From: Antedon mediterranea
Taxonomy: Eukaryota > Animalia > Echinodermata
Assembly (NCBI RefSeq): GCF_964355755.1
Contig: NC_092680.1
Location: 22,019,045-22,083,044, forward strand
Reading direction: 5' to 3'
Length of the DNA stretch: 64,000 bases
A program made the translations under genes and the position numbers. This document shows positions 38,301 through 53,300 of the stretch, piece after piece; position 1 is the stretch's first letter; each line of letters opens with the position of its first letter. The notes below the pieces were generated by a model. The model was not told where the DNA came from, did not search any database, and worked only from the letters and a program-made list of their open reading frames with translations.

Positions 38301-41300
38301 ATAAACTTGGTTACCAAAGGCCTTTGAAAATTTACATGCAATTTTTATATGAAAATGACAATTACGCACCTAAACAAGTGGAACAGGTAAGTTTTACAAG
38401 AGTTTTAACAATTTTGGTTTCCCATATTTTAAATGTTGTTACCTTAACCCAAATGCTTATAGACAACTTTTGATTGAAGGTTTATGAACCATTAGTGTGA
38501 CTATGACATTTTTGTTGGAGAATTTTTCTTTGGTGTCAAACCGGGTAAAATATTTTGGTGACCTGAAATTTCGTGAACTCTCAGTTCAAATTTCTACAAA
38601 GGCAGCCTAATTATATAATACAATTTGCTTTTTGTGTTAGATATTTGAAGGTAATATGGATCACAATAGTATAGTGAAGAACATCCTGCCATATTCAGTA
38701 ACCAGTGATATCCTACGCGTCATACCGGTCACGTGGCAGAATGATATATGTCTACGACTTGATGTCATCACTGGTATTAAAGCAGGTAACAAATGTTCTA
38801 TTCAGAGTGATACTTTCTTTGATTTCATTTGTTTAGTGTCTCAAAAACTTAAGCATTACAGACATCGATTACCATTATAAATAAACCATTATAAATTAAA
38901 ATGCTAAAAAGTGTATCTACCAATTATAAGATTCGGAATCTTTTTTTTTTTCGTTTTGTTAAATTATGACTATTGAAACTGTTATAGGGCCTATTGTAAT
39001 AAATTCAATTTGAATAAAAAAGAAAATATAGGAAATGATTAAAACATGAACCGGTACGGGCTTTACTACTTTGAATATTACTCTAAGCGCATTGACAAAA
39101 GTACTAAATTCTTTAATATATTATACTTTGTATATAAATTCACCATTCAACCGTATCCTAACAATTTCTGATTATACTAATAAAAATTAATAACATTATT
39201 GCTAATAATATTATTATAATTTAATAACTTACATAACAATGGATGTATTTATTTGTAATAGATTGTTTAACGCCAATTGAACCAATAAGTATTGAACAAG
39301 TGAGTGCCACTAAGGAGGACATTAATTACCCATCATCATACGTGTTTACAAGCTGTTGGTTAGGCACCGAATTGGATGATCAACCTTTTGAAAATTGGCT
39401 ACAGCTTGAATTGTATCAAGACTACCTTATTACAGCAGTCAATTTTGACTGGATAGAATATGAGGCAAAATCTGGGTATGAAACTAAGGCTTATCGTATC
39501 AGTTATAAGTCAAACACTCAAGAAGAATGGCACTTATACATAGATCAAGATGCAAATCAGGTAAATACTAATCAACATTCAAGCTTGGTACAACATTATT
39601 CAAACTGCCTACGTCATTCCATTAACCAGTAATATCATATAATTAATGTAACAAAATCTTTATAAAATCATTATTATTATTTATTGATAGATGAGTTGAG
39701 AATCTCCAATAAAGTCGCAATTTACTTATATATAATCTACTTATAATGTACAGTACTTATAATTAAGGTATGCGTCTGAGGAAGTGTCGGTTAGGTGTGT
39801 TCTCGAGGAAGTGTCTGTGAGGTGTGTCTGGACTCTGCTGAGACTGTAGTGTATATTAGCTTCTGTTCATTAGCACAATGTCATTATATCAGCTTACAGC
39901 TGATCTTATGTTGATTGATAGTATCTTAATGATAGATACTGTTGTCAAATCTCTTCATTAATTTTATGTTGGTAAAGGTTTAGGTTAGATAAACGGTGTT
40001 CTTGAGGGAACTGGTTGGTTGTAATATTCACGAAAAACATCTGGTCAGTTTTTAGGGCAAATTGGGGAACTTATATTAATGGAATAACTGTAGTTCATCT
40101 AAACCTAGGATTTATGATTATTAAAAGAGTATAACTATAGCTGTCGCAGGGACTTTTGTTTAAATTCTGATATTACATTTCTGATGTTTTGTGTCACTAT
40201 AACACTTCTATTATTTTTGTTATAGAATATCACAACGTATGATTATCTGGAACTAGATCACCCTTTTACAGCAAACACATTAAGGATTTCATTAGGATTC
40301 GGATGTTTGCGTATAAATAGCATATCTGGATTCGCTATAAAGGGTGTTCAACCCCCAAACTGTAGGTTGCATCATTTGCATTTATTTCTTCAGCATAATT
40401 TACTATATACAAATAACCTATTTTCGATTTATTATAAATGGTATAATTTATTGTAATAGATTGTGAAGGCAGTGTGGAAATGGAAGATCAGTTTTTAAGT
40501 ATTTATGGTAAGTATACCGTCCATTGACACCGCTTCGTTCCAGCGTTTTGAAGCTTCCACATGAGAGCTCACCGGAACAGAATTCAAAAGAGCACGAGTA
40601 AAAAGAAGAATAATTTTAAAAACTTTTAAAAATTTAACAAGAGAACCAAATTAAGAAGTAAAAGATGTTGCAAAGACGAGCAGAAAGAAAGATAAAGGAT
40701 ACAATTATTGCCATAGAAAACCGGTTCACCCGTTGCGAAAAATATGGTTTGTTTAAAGCATGTAGCATGAATTTAACGTTTTGTTTTGTCATTTACTTTT
40801 CAGACGACTGTCCATTTCCAATTGGACTTGAGTCTGTAAAGGTAAAAGAAAACCAGCTAACAGCTTCTTCTTCTATTGATGTCTATCACTCTCCTAACAG
40901 TGGACGTTTGAATCATTTATATGGCTGGCAGGCCGAATTCAACAACCAAGAGCAATGGTTTCAAATTCAGTTTGACCAACGAGTGATCATGACAGGGTTA
41001 TTACTACAAGCAAGTGATAACTGTAACTTGAGGAGGTTCGCTTTACAATTTAGCTACCCATCTGTAGACAATAATGAAATGATGTTTTATGATTATAAAA
41101 ATATGATGAATTCCATTCAAGTAAGTACTTAAGTAAAGTTATTTAAATATTCGAACCATTTATAGCATGATTCTTTGTACTTCAGTCGTCCTGTATTGTC
41201 ATTACAATATTACTCTTAAGAATATTGTAAACATTTTTCAGAATAAATTGATAAGAAAAGAAAAAAGCATACACAATAAACAAGTGAAAATTATGAATGT

Positions 41301-44300
41301 TGTGTGAATGCGTTTTAGATTGATTTAGATTAATAACATAATCGTACAATCAAACTCGTAATATAAAGCAGTTACAGTTACAGTTATGAGATTAGTACTT
41401 GATTGTTACTTTACTGAATAAGTGATGTTCAAATAAATTGCATCTTTTAATTAATTATGTAATATTATGAATATTATCTAGGAGTTTATGGCGTCCGATA
41501 GCGTTAACTGCACTGAACGAGTGCCATTAATACCGTATATTCGTGCCAATTATTTAAAAGTATTACCATTGGAATGGGATAACTGTATTGGGTTACGAAT
41601 GGAAGTCCTTGGTTGCAATGACAAAGGTTAGATATACCATTTATTATTTACTGTAATTGTAAACATCAGAATAATCTTGGTATATAATATAGTTATATTT
41701 TAATTTACGCAGAGTGTGACTCAACAGCTGGGATATCATCTGGTCAGATTGTCGATAACTCGTTCACTGCATCTTCAGCTCTAGACGAAAACCATCTCCC
41801 ATCAGCTGTTCGTTTGGATAGCCTCTCTTATTCAGTATCATGTTGGAGGCCGGCTGTATCTGATGACCAACCTTGGATACAAGTGTTCTTTCCTCCTATG
41901 ACTATCCATGGCATCGTTATGCGAGGATGTGAAAATAATCTTTGGGTTGAAAAGTTTACGCTTCGCTACTCGTACGACAACGAACTTCCTTTAGCTGTAC
42001 TAGATTCAAATGGATTTATCAAAGTAATATTTTTTATTTTAACACATCAAATAGTAAAGATTAGTTTCCGACTTATCCTTTAATTTATGTTTCACTACAC
42101 CCTTTGGAAATTTGAATGTTCATCTAACGAATAACTTAATGAGTAATCAGAATAAATAGGCCTATGTTGTATTTCCTTTTCTTAGGAATTTTTAGCAAAC
42201 GTAAATTCCTACGATTTAGCCTACATTGACCTGGGTACAGTACTTGATAATGCCGTCAGTCTGACTATTCGTCCAATACAGTGGTCTGGTGATATCGCCA
42301 TGTCGTTCGAGATAGTAGCTTGCGAATATAAAGGTAGGTATTCAGTATTACTGAATTATTCGTCAAAATTATACAATTGTTTGGTAGCAATAGAAAGAAA
42401 ACCATTTTAAATAAAAGTTTACTTAGTTCTTATTAATTAATCGTAAAGGCAATTAGGCCTAATTGTTAATTTCAACAACAATCGTCTTTGTTTGTCTTTT
42501 GTTTTTCTCTTTTTCACCCAACTTCATTAAAGCGCATTAAGTGTCTGTGGAACGTGCTATACAAATGAATCAACATCAGCATCTGTGTTGTATTCACGAC
42601 ATACTGACAATACAATCATTATTCAAAATACCTAACCTAAATAAATAATTGAATCCTTCAATATATTTAATATTTGCTAGCATGTTCAGGAAGATTAGGA
42701 ATTGAATCCGGTGAAATTACTGACGACCAGATAGAGATCATGTGGTCTGGAGCTTCATACCCAGGATCTCTTAGATTGTATGGACCTATTATACACCTTA
42801 GAGGCTTAACTTCGGCAGCAACGCGTTATGGTTACTACAGAGTATCATTCCCAGATCTGCATTTAATACATGGTACAATTACACTTACAACTGTCAGTTT
42901 TGCAACGCCAGAAGAGTTGTTGTTTTGGATTGAATATATGTATCAAAATGAAACCTTAACATACCAAACAATAAACGGTGAAACAGAGGTTTGCGATTTT
43001 ACTTTTCTCTTCACAAAATCTGAAACTAAATTTGTTTTGAAATGATTTAGATTAATCCTGGATTACTATAACATTAGGCCTATTACTATCCTGTACTGAA
43101 GTGATTACCGGTAATAAAGATTAAATTAAAAAGTAAATTAATATAATGAATATTCAAAACAACATTCAATAATGTTTATATTCACTCCTTTTTCAAAATA
43201 AGATTATGAAAAAACTCATCATTGAAATTGGTATTATCATATGTATTTTAAGAACATGTATTTATTAAAAAATTAAACTAAACTATAACTAAACATTTTA
43301 TGTTGTAGATGTTTCTTGGTGGCGAGGTTCAACTTGTCGAAATAACACATTGGTTTGGTCGACCAATCACCACAAACCAAGTAACTTTCTACACTTCCTC
43401 TGGTACATACCTATCTTACTTACAATTTGAACTATTGGGCTGTTCACTGGCGGGTAAGATAACTTTCTTGTTACTATCTACGTAATGTATTTGTTGGTTG
43501 TACAGATTCATATGGCCTTCTATGTATACTTTTACACAAGTGGACAGACAGACTGTCACGAATATCAAAGCAAATACGTAATAGATATTTATATTGTAAG
43601 TAACTTAACGACATATTTCTATCCTTAGGAATTGAAACGTAATCCATGTTTTAATCTTTTTTGTTTTATGAATAAATACCAATGAATAAATAATAATCAA
43701 TCTTTAGATACAAAATACGTTTTACAAAAGGCACCAAAACAAATATACATAAGATATATATACAAATGGCTTATAATTATGCATTTAAATCATCGTTTAT
43801 AAGGGTATTTTTCCTGTTTTAGAAAGAGGCGCCCTTTGTGTTGGAGCTGGCCAAGAAGCATATAACGGCTTTTGCTTCGGAACAGTTGAAAGTAGTGATG
43901 AAGCCGCGTGTCATGAAATCTTTTCCGCTGGGGCTCAAAGGGCAATTGTCCGCTCAGAAGATGAAGCACATTTTATTCAAATGTCTAATCCGTTCAGACG
44001 TGATACGTACAATCTGTATATTATTGGAGCATCTAGTAATTCTGTGGGAGAGCTTTTGTGGGTAGATTCAACACCGGTACTTTACAGTAATTTTAGAGAT
44101 CAACCAGTTGTGATAAATGACAACCAATGCGTTGCCCTCGATGATTTAGACAATCAGGACTGGAATCTATTTGATTGTGATGATTACTTATCAGCATCTA
44201 GAGCAACTCTCTGTCAGATTGGTAAGATTTTGTACAAAAATGTTAATTATTAGTTAATTATTATTTAGGTTAACCCATACTATAGTATTCAAGAAATAGA

Positions 44301-47300
44301 CATATCATTCTATTATTTGTAAGTAGCTTATATCAGCTTCTGCTTTTACGAAAGTTTTTCGAGAGCTCGATCGAGAGAGTCTTTGATTGACATAGTATCA
44401 TAAATAAAACAATCATAAATTACTTAATTAAACAATACTACATTAATAAATAATTTACAGATCTTGACGAGTGTGTAAGAGATGACCTGTGTTCACACGA
44501 TTGTGTAAACACACCTGGAGCATACTACTGTACGTGTCCGGAACATTATTACATTGCAGATGATGGTAGTACTTGTCAAAGTAACTAAATACGTTTTAAT
44601 TTTGTTTTGTTCACAATACTCCTTTGTTTAGTTTGTGTATTCATTGTAACCTAGTGATACGTAATTTTGTGGTAACACACCATTGACAAACGATGCAAAA
44701 GGATTTGCATGCACACTTTCTGAATTATTGCTAATAATTAAAATAAAACTGTATTACAGAATTTATTTTTATTTTAAGATGGGTGTACAATATTGTCAGA
44801 AACTATGGACGGCGTAAGATGGGTTAATTTAGATTCAAATAATCAATGTTATACTGTACTTGATGATTTAACAAATGAGATGGACGCTTTGGAAATGTGT
44901 CAAGAATTGAATGCACAATTAGCAAATAGTTCATCTGTAAGTAACTTATACGTATGCAGATGATGCTTTTATATTTTAACAAAAATTCCAAAAAAATACC
45001 CAGAAAATTGTGTCGTATGATTTAAGTCAATACTAAAATCGATGTCAGGTGATTTTGTCTGTCGAACGAATTCATTGGTACTTACTTACTTACTTACTTA
45101 CTTTGTCGAACCAATTCATTGGTACTTACTTACTTTGTCTGTCGACCGAATTCATTGGTACTTACTTACTTACTTACCGGTACTTACTTTGTCGAACCAA
45201 TTCATTTGTACTTACTTACTTACTTTGTCGAACGAATTCATTGGTACTTGCTTACTTTGTCTGTTAGTAGGTACTGATTTTGCCCAAAGTAACACTGGTA
45301 TTAAACAAACTCATATATTTTATTATTTTTAGATTTACGGATCTAGTACATCTTGCAGAACATCAGATGCCATGACAACGGTTCCTCCAGATTCTGTAGT
45401 TGATTGCGGTCTGTATGCTTGTATTAAAGGTGATGTTATTTTAATCAACTGGTATGATTTAGAAAACAATTTAGTTGATTGAACATCCTGTGTTTTCAGA
45501 GAATTGAATGAACACGATTAAATCTTTTTTTTTTATTAGAGCAAAAAATTACGGTTATATTCTGTAAACAAAAATTGGATCGAAAATTGTTTACCTGATG
45601 AAACTGTAGGTTAAAGCAAAAAAGTATAGTCAAAATGACTGCCAGTCAATGAGTTTGAATTAAATTTAACCGTTTATTTTGGTTTTTTTATAAGTGAAAG
45701 CGTTATTTTGTTAGAGTCTCTTCTACGGAACTTTATAAAAACTACAAAATGAAATATTCAAAGTCTGATTTTATTAATGTTCATTTTTCATGTTTTTGGG
45801 GTATAATACATCTTTAAATATATTCAATTCGCTGAAACTACATAAAGATGTAACATTTCAATAAATAAATAATGATATATTTTTCTTTCAATTTTTTCAG
45901 AATTTACCGTATTGATGTGTTATGACATGAACCCAAACAGTTCAGTGATATTTGATGATGGTTATGGGTTTATAGGATGTTTTCATTTTGCACCTTTCTT
46001 TAATATCAACACCAAATGGAAGTTTGAAGTTTGTGTTAATAGCTCAAAATATGTCCAGTAAGTTAGATGATTCTATTAATGATTTGATACCACTGTAGTT
46101 TATAATTCTTGTTATTTCTGTTGTGTGTCTATACGTCCTGCATTGTGTCTATACGTCCTGCATTGTGTCTATACGTCCTGCATTGTGTCTATACGTCCTG
46201 CATTGTGTCTATACGTCCTGCATTGTGTTTCTTTGTACCATTTAATAGATTGTTATCTTCTCGGGCATTTTCCTCTTCCTTTACTTAATCCATCTATACT
46301 GTACTTTCATAGTCATATCTTAACATGTATTCATATTGTTGTATTTATTTGTTTACTATATTATGTTAAAGGAAGAAAATAAGTGCTTTATTGAAATTGA
46401 AAATTCAATCTTTATTCCGATTTTCACTTATAGAATAAAACAAAACAATAGCTTAAAACATAGGCCCAAAGGATTAAAGAAAAGAAAATTTGCCTTAAGG
46501 TAACTACTGCTACACAATACATTTATGTTCTTAACAAAACGGCAAAACAATTCTAAACATTAACTTTAACGCAGGACTGCTTTAACGTACATACTGCTGT
46601 ATACTAATACATTTTTGTTACACTTTGTTAGATTATTTGTTTTAGCAAAATATCATTTTATAGAAAGATTATTTACATTATATTGTTTGAAGGTTTGCAA
46701 GGCGAAATCAAATGTTGATATAAAGTTTGCGGTACATCACGTATATCAAAGCATATTGATAGAAACGTCGAAAAACTCAACAGTTCGTTTCGGAACTAAT
46801 ATACATGGTGTACCACAAACTTTTTATCAACATAATTCACATTATTATTGAGTAATAGGGTTTCATTATATAAAATTGAAATTTGCTTTTTCATTTCTCG
46901 TGTCGATAACAATTAATTAACGAGAGCATGCAGAATGTTTAATTTAGGTGTGCCATCAATAATAACATGTATTGCCACAATGTTATGGCCGGTTTTCGTA
47001 GGTCCATCTACCTATTCATCGTAATGTATTATTAATTAGTTGATATTTCAATGAGAATCTTGCTTTTAAGACTCTTGTTGATTGAATAGAACAATATTAA
47101 TAGATTACTGTACCTCTTTACACAATTATTGCTTTTATCAGAATTTATTTCCGTGAAGTGGTTCTTCGATCAGCAGCAGGTGATGGATCACCAATTTGTA
47201 TTGACAGCCTGGTTGTCAGTGAGGTATCTAATGGCCGTGGCACCAACATATCAGTAATATGCAATAGCGTTGATGAGTTAACTATTTTAAGTCGATCAAA

Positions 47301-50300
47301 TAAATTAAACATTGTACTCGAAATTGGCGATCTGACAAGTGTTGTTCCTCACAAAATCGGATTTGAAGCATTTTACACAGAATTAGGTAAATATTTCTTA
47401 TTGTAATTAAATATCTGCAAATATGATATTAAATACGCTTGCATTATCACTATGCTACACCTGGTTTACATTGGTCCAATTAAACTACTCTATCTAATTT
47501 AACTTTAATTATTTATTTATCAAAACAGTAGTTATTCGTAAAAAATGCATGCTCAATAAGGATATTACTCGTATCATATAGATTGTGAAAGCGAGGAATG
47601 CGACTATGGGTGTGGCGTTGAATCGGTGTATACACAACCCAGCGGATTAATATCAACTCCAAACTTTCCAAGACCAGTTCAAGAGTTTGCAAATTGTCGG
47701 TTTGACATCCAAGTCGGAAGAAATAAATATATTGAGATTGAGTTTTATAGTTTTGACATCGCTACTAACGTGGATGGTTCATGTAAAGACACGTTAGAAG
47801 TATTAGGTGGAGACTCTGTGAGTTTAACTGGTCAAAGATGTGGATCACTGATGCCAACCGTTAGGTCAACAACCAGTACGGTTTTTATTGAACTTATAAC
47901 TGGACCTGGTGAAGAAACTAGTGGATTTGAAGCTTCATACACAACTGTAGGTCAGTTGAATTAATGTTATTTAATAAGCAAAACCATAATATGCAATGAG
48001 ACGTGTTTTATTAATTAATTAGTTCTTATTCTTTAATACTTTAATTCACATCCAACAGCCAGGGCCAATAAAAGGATGTCTTATTAGAATTATTTTGGAA
48101 TAAATTGTTATAGCCTAATATGTAATCCCAGTTTGGTCATTCATTCGGTTTTAGCAACACTGGAACATTCACCCACTTTACTTGTACATTATATCACTCT
48201 CATTAAATACAACATTATAATTGTTGTGGTTTATTTGCTATAGATGTTCCTGGATGCAGAGTTGGTACGAATATGTGTAAAAAATGGGACTGTGACAGTT
48301 CAAGTGGTATGATAGCTTCTAGGAACTATCCTCATCCTTACGAACCTGATTGTGTGATGGAATGGAATATATATGTATCTATCGGATCATACGTATACTT
48401 TGAAATACTTGATGTAGATATCCTACCCGGAGATGCAGAATGTAAAGAAGATTTTATTAGAATATCTATTAGCGAAGGTGGTACTAACAATGACGACGAA
48501 GTCAGGCCAAAGTATTGTCAACAGCCTAAAGATGACGATGCTCCAATAACTTCTCTTACTAATTATTTACGTATAGTATTTGAAACAAATGGAAGAGATG
48601 AGGGAACCGGGTTTGTGGCACGCTATGAAGAAAGGAAATTTGAACCAAATTTGATTGATAAGAATGTAACAGGTAAATATCTTGGGGCCGATTATCATAG
48701 GCGGGTTCAAGATGTATTTATTTATAATTGAATATTAGATAATAATTTAAACTAGATATAGATCTCATTAATTTTCATAAAACTAAAACTGTTAGTAGTT
48801 ATGTTTTGGTAGCTAAATCTTGAGGGTTCAAATATTTAGTGGTAATGATATTGATAACCATATCTATTTTAGGTTCTTGTCCACAAGGCTGGAGCAAATA
48901 CAATGAACAGTGTTATTTATTTCAAACGTCTGACGCATTTATGGATTGGAACACAGCTCAGAAAAATTGTGCTTCTATTGGTGGTAATCTTGCAAGTGTA
49001 TGTACATATGATGAAATGCAGTATATTCATTCTATAATTATCAATAAGCCAGAAGCTATTGGAGAATACGTTTATATCGGTAAGATCAAATAAACTTGAA
49101 TTTGAGAAATATTTTAACAGGCATTGCACAACGGATATTTCAATATTTATTTTTAAAATGGTAGTTTAAAGTGCAAAGCTAATTATAAACCCTCCTGTTA
49201 GCTATTTTAAGTAAATAGTAGATTTGTTTTTATTGGAAAAGGTTTGGTACGAGAGTCAGCTGGTCGTCAACTTTTTCGTTGGATCGATGGAAGACCAGCC
49301 AGCTACATGGATTGGTATTTATCGTCTGTGTAAGCAACTGTATGATTCATAGTAACATTTAGTACAAATGACACTCACTTTATTTCGAAACTGTCCAAAT
49401 ATGGTAAAGCAATTTAACTAAAGTATAAAGGTACAACATTCAGGGATCGAAATTAGTAAAAAACTTGTCACATGACAAACCGCTACAAAAAAAAAACAAT
49501 ACATCAAATCAAATCAATCTCTATTTTCTTCAATAAAATACACATAGGTAACACAAAAGAGTAATGCATTTAATGAAGAAATAAAAACCCAAAAATAAAA
49601 CCCCAACAATTAATATTATGTCTAATAAGATTTCATAACGGTTTTACTAAAAAGTTTTTTTTTTTAACTGGTCCTTTCTGTTTCCAATTCATTCCACAAC
49701 GTTGGACCAGACTGCACCTATACATTGAGTCATGTTTAGTGTAGTAGTAACTTCCAATCGTTTAGTATTTCTAAGACTATAAAACATCACAACGATAATT
49801 TTGTCAATACAATTTTTTTATTCAGATATACTACCGACGAGTTCGAGTACCACCAACCGGAGAGTAGTAATATCGAATCATGCACTGTAATTGAGATGAC
49901 GTCAGTGTTAAGAACAGACCAATGGCTAGCTATTGCATGTTCGTTTGAAGGAGGAAGGCATTTCATTTGTGAGCAGCCTTTACCCAACTATGGTGAGTAC
50001 ATTACAGAATCTAACATTATAAGGAGAAAGGCATTTCATTTGTGAACAACATTTACCCAATTATGAGTACATTACAGAATCTAACATTATAAGGAGGAAG
50101 GCATTTCATTTGTGAGCAGCCTTTACCCAATTATGGTGAGTACATTACAGAATCTCAAATTATAAAGATTAAATTTATTGAGGATACACGAAACAATAAT
50201 ATTTGTTATTTTACAGTAAACATAGAAGAAGTTGTGTTAAAGGTGCCTTCCACTGTTGATATTTCACCCTGTCAAAGTACTCACCAGTTTCAATGTGGAT

Positions 50301-53300
50301 CTGGAGATTGCATTGCGTCAGCGTACGTCTGTGATGGAAATAACGATTGTTTTGACTCAAGCGATGAAGCTGCATGTGATTGTAAGTTGAAGAACATTCA
50401 GTCTAATTATAGTTGCCGTTGTTTTCTAAGAATATTTCGATTATGACATTACAATTTTTTTGTGATGCGTGAGATAATTAATTGTGAACGTGTAGTTGTT
50501 TGTCAAAATGTCTTTTGTTTTTAAATGAAGTTTCATAATTCCAATTCAACTTGTATTTTAATAGTTCACCATATTATTATTTTGTTCTCAGTTTCTTCTT
50601 GTCCAGATGGTTATGCACTAGTAGTTAATAACTGTTTATCCTTGTCTCTGATATGTGATGGTATAAACCAGTTGAGAGGTGGAGCCGATGAATCTGGTTG
50701 TAGTAAGTTTAATTATAATTGTTTATATTATTTCTATGATTGAGATGTTTACTTCTTTCTTTAGGTCTAACCTATGAATGCCAAGTTTCCTAATAAATTC
50801 ACCAAAGTATAATTTCACTATTCTCTGATAAATCCATTCGTTTCCATTACAAAATATTCCGTTACAATGAAATTCTATCTCTCTTAATCACTAATTTTAT
50901 TTCTGTAAGCTTCTTATCTATTCATGTATGTACATTAAATTGTTTCTTACAGTATTCCCGAGTTGTTCAGAAGATGAGTTCAAATGTCAAACTGGGTTTT
51001 GTATTAACAATACTTTAGTTTGCAATGGTGTCACTAATTGTGTCGCTGGAGAAGATGAAGCTGATTGTGGTATGGCATCATTTACATTCACGCAACCATT
51101 TCTATTTGTTTGGCCCTTTAAACATTTTTTTTTTGAGAATTATTATCTATATTATCTTTACAAAAATGACATAGCAATATTATAATAGTGGTGTTATATT
51201 TTGTATGTTCACAATTTTATCGTTTTCAAATATATTATGTATATTTTTATCAGTGAACTGCGCCGGTGGATTTTTCCAGTGCCATGATGGAAGTTGTATT
51301 CCAAACCATGCCGTATGTGACGCAACCAAAGATTGTAGAGGAAGAAATTACGAGGACGAACCTGTAGAGTGTTGTAAGTTGCTCTATTTATTTAACTCGG
51401 CTATCTCAGTATTATAATGCTTTATAACATTCCTTGTATTGTATTGACATAGTTTGTCCAGTGGCGTAACGCAGAGGTCTGAAGCCCCCAACTCTAAGTG
51501 GCCCTCCAACGCTGGAGGCCACGGATGTTTTGTCGACATATTTCAATGCCTGTTTTTCCTCTGGGCACTGCAATAATGATAATTTTCTTAAAATACGTTT
51601 TTATAGACTATAACGAAGCCTCTAACAATACTTATTGCTTAGAAAGCGAGGAGATGTGTAAGAATGGTGCTTGTATCAGCAAAGATCTTAAATGCTTGTA
51701 TGATGTAGATCAATACAGCATTCAAGTTGGATGCAGAGATTCTACACATCTGGGCTCTTGTCGTAAGTACAACAAATGATTACGTGTTTATTCTCACTGA
51801 AATAATCTTCCAGACTTAATACTGGTGTTTGTATCTTATTTTTAGAGGATTTTGAATGTCCAGATTATATGTTCAAGTGTCCAAATTCATACTGTATTCC
51901 AATGAGGCGTCGATGTGATGAGATATGGGATTGTCCAAACGGAGAAGACGAAACGGGGTGTTGTATGTATTGAAACAATGCTATAATAAGTACACAATAT
52001 TGTGTTTGAATACTGAAAAAAATAAAGTACCTTTAATGACATATAGGCGTATTTAACCATAAAGTTAAGATTGAAAATGTGTAAATATAAGATTTTATCT
52101 CTACATAGTATTCCTTTATTACATAATCAAATAAGCCATTGTAGTAGGCTTACAGTATTCTTTATTTTATCTTCTTTAGCTTCTTATACATGTTCTGATT
52201 ACTACCATTGTCGATCATCCCAGCAGTGCTTGTCTCCAATGGAGGTTTGTGATGGTGTCAAACACTGTCCACTTGGTGATGATGAACAGTTTTGTGGTAA
52301 GAAAGTTATTACAAATATATTGTCATGTCTGTTCAAAACCCCCGGGTAAGAATAATATACTAGCTAATTCTAATTTTGTTTTGTGGTAAGAAAGCTATTA
52401 AAAATATATTGTCATGTCTGTTGTCACCCTGTATTATCAGCTAATTCTAATAAGATTGATTTCGGTAACCCTTTATCCATGTTGTCTTTCCTAGACATAT
52501 CCTGTCCATCAAGCTGTACATGCACAGGGTTTGTAGTACAATGTCCTACAACATTAACCAGGCCCGTAGCCAGGGGGGGTTTTTATGGTTCGGGCGAACC
52601 CCCCCTTTACACCGAACCCCCCTTAACCGACTGCGAACCCCCATCCCCGACATGCCCAATACCTCACCCTCATCTCCGAAAATCGTCCAAATACGTGCCC
52701 CACACTACAAAAAGTTGTTCGTAAATTAAAAAAATTTGTAAACTCGTTCGGAATAACTCATACAGTACCTTCTTCCCTGTATGAGCGTACTTCGAGCGAT
52801 ATAGTCTGTAAATTTCTAAGAGTTGCAAATGAATTGCCGATTTTATCAACATGATATTGACGCGTCTCACAGCGAGCTGGGGGACGAACGATTCGTACAA
52901 AGGACACCGCCAGACAACTGCGTACCAATTGTTTAGATCACTGGCAGTCAGGCAGCATGCATAAAGTATATAGCCTTCCGACATACATCAGTATTTATGT
53001 GTGGCTATGAAGTATAATGTATCATAGAGGATTATAGTGAATATCAATATTTTACACTATAATATCTATGGTATCATGTACTGTAGTTCACATTATGGCA
53101 TCCGATTATTTTTTTCTAGACCACCAGCCGATACGTACTCAAATGTATCAATATCACCTATTTACATTGGCATATTTAATTTCCTCAACAAATTGCTGTA
53201 AATAAATATTATAGATAGAGCTATAATAAGAATTGCATTTTCCTTCACCCAGTGTGCTTTTTTCGGGGCTTCTCCTAGACGTACGTTCGCATTGAACTTG

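Noticed and set aside
40520-40600. Possible third hammerhead on the minus strand
   Set aside because: Both core boxes are degenerate (CCGGTGA, no clean GAAA); not supportable.
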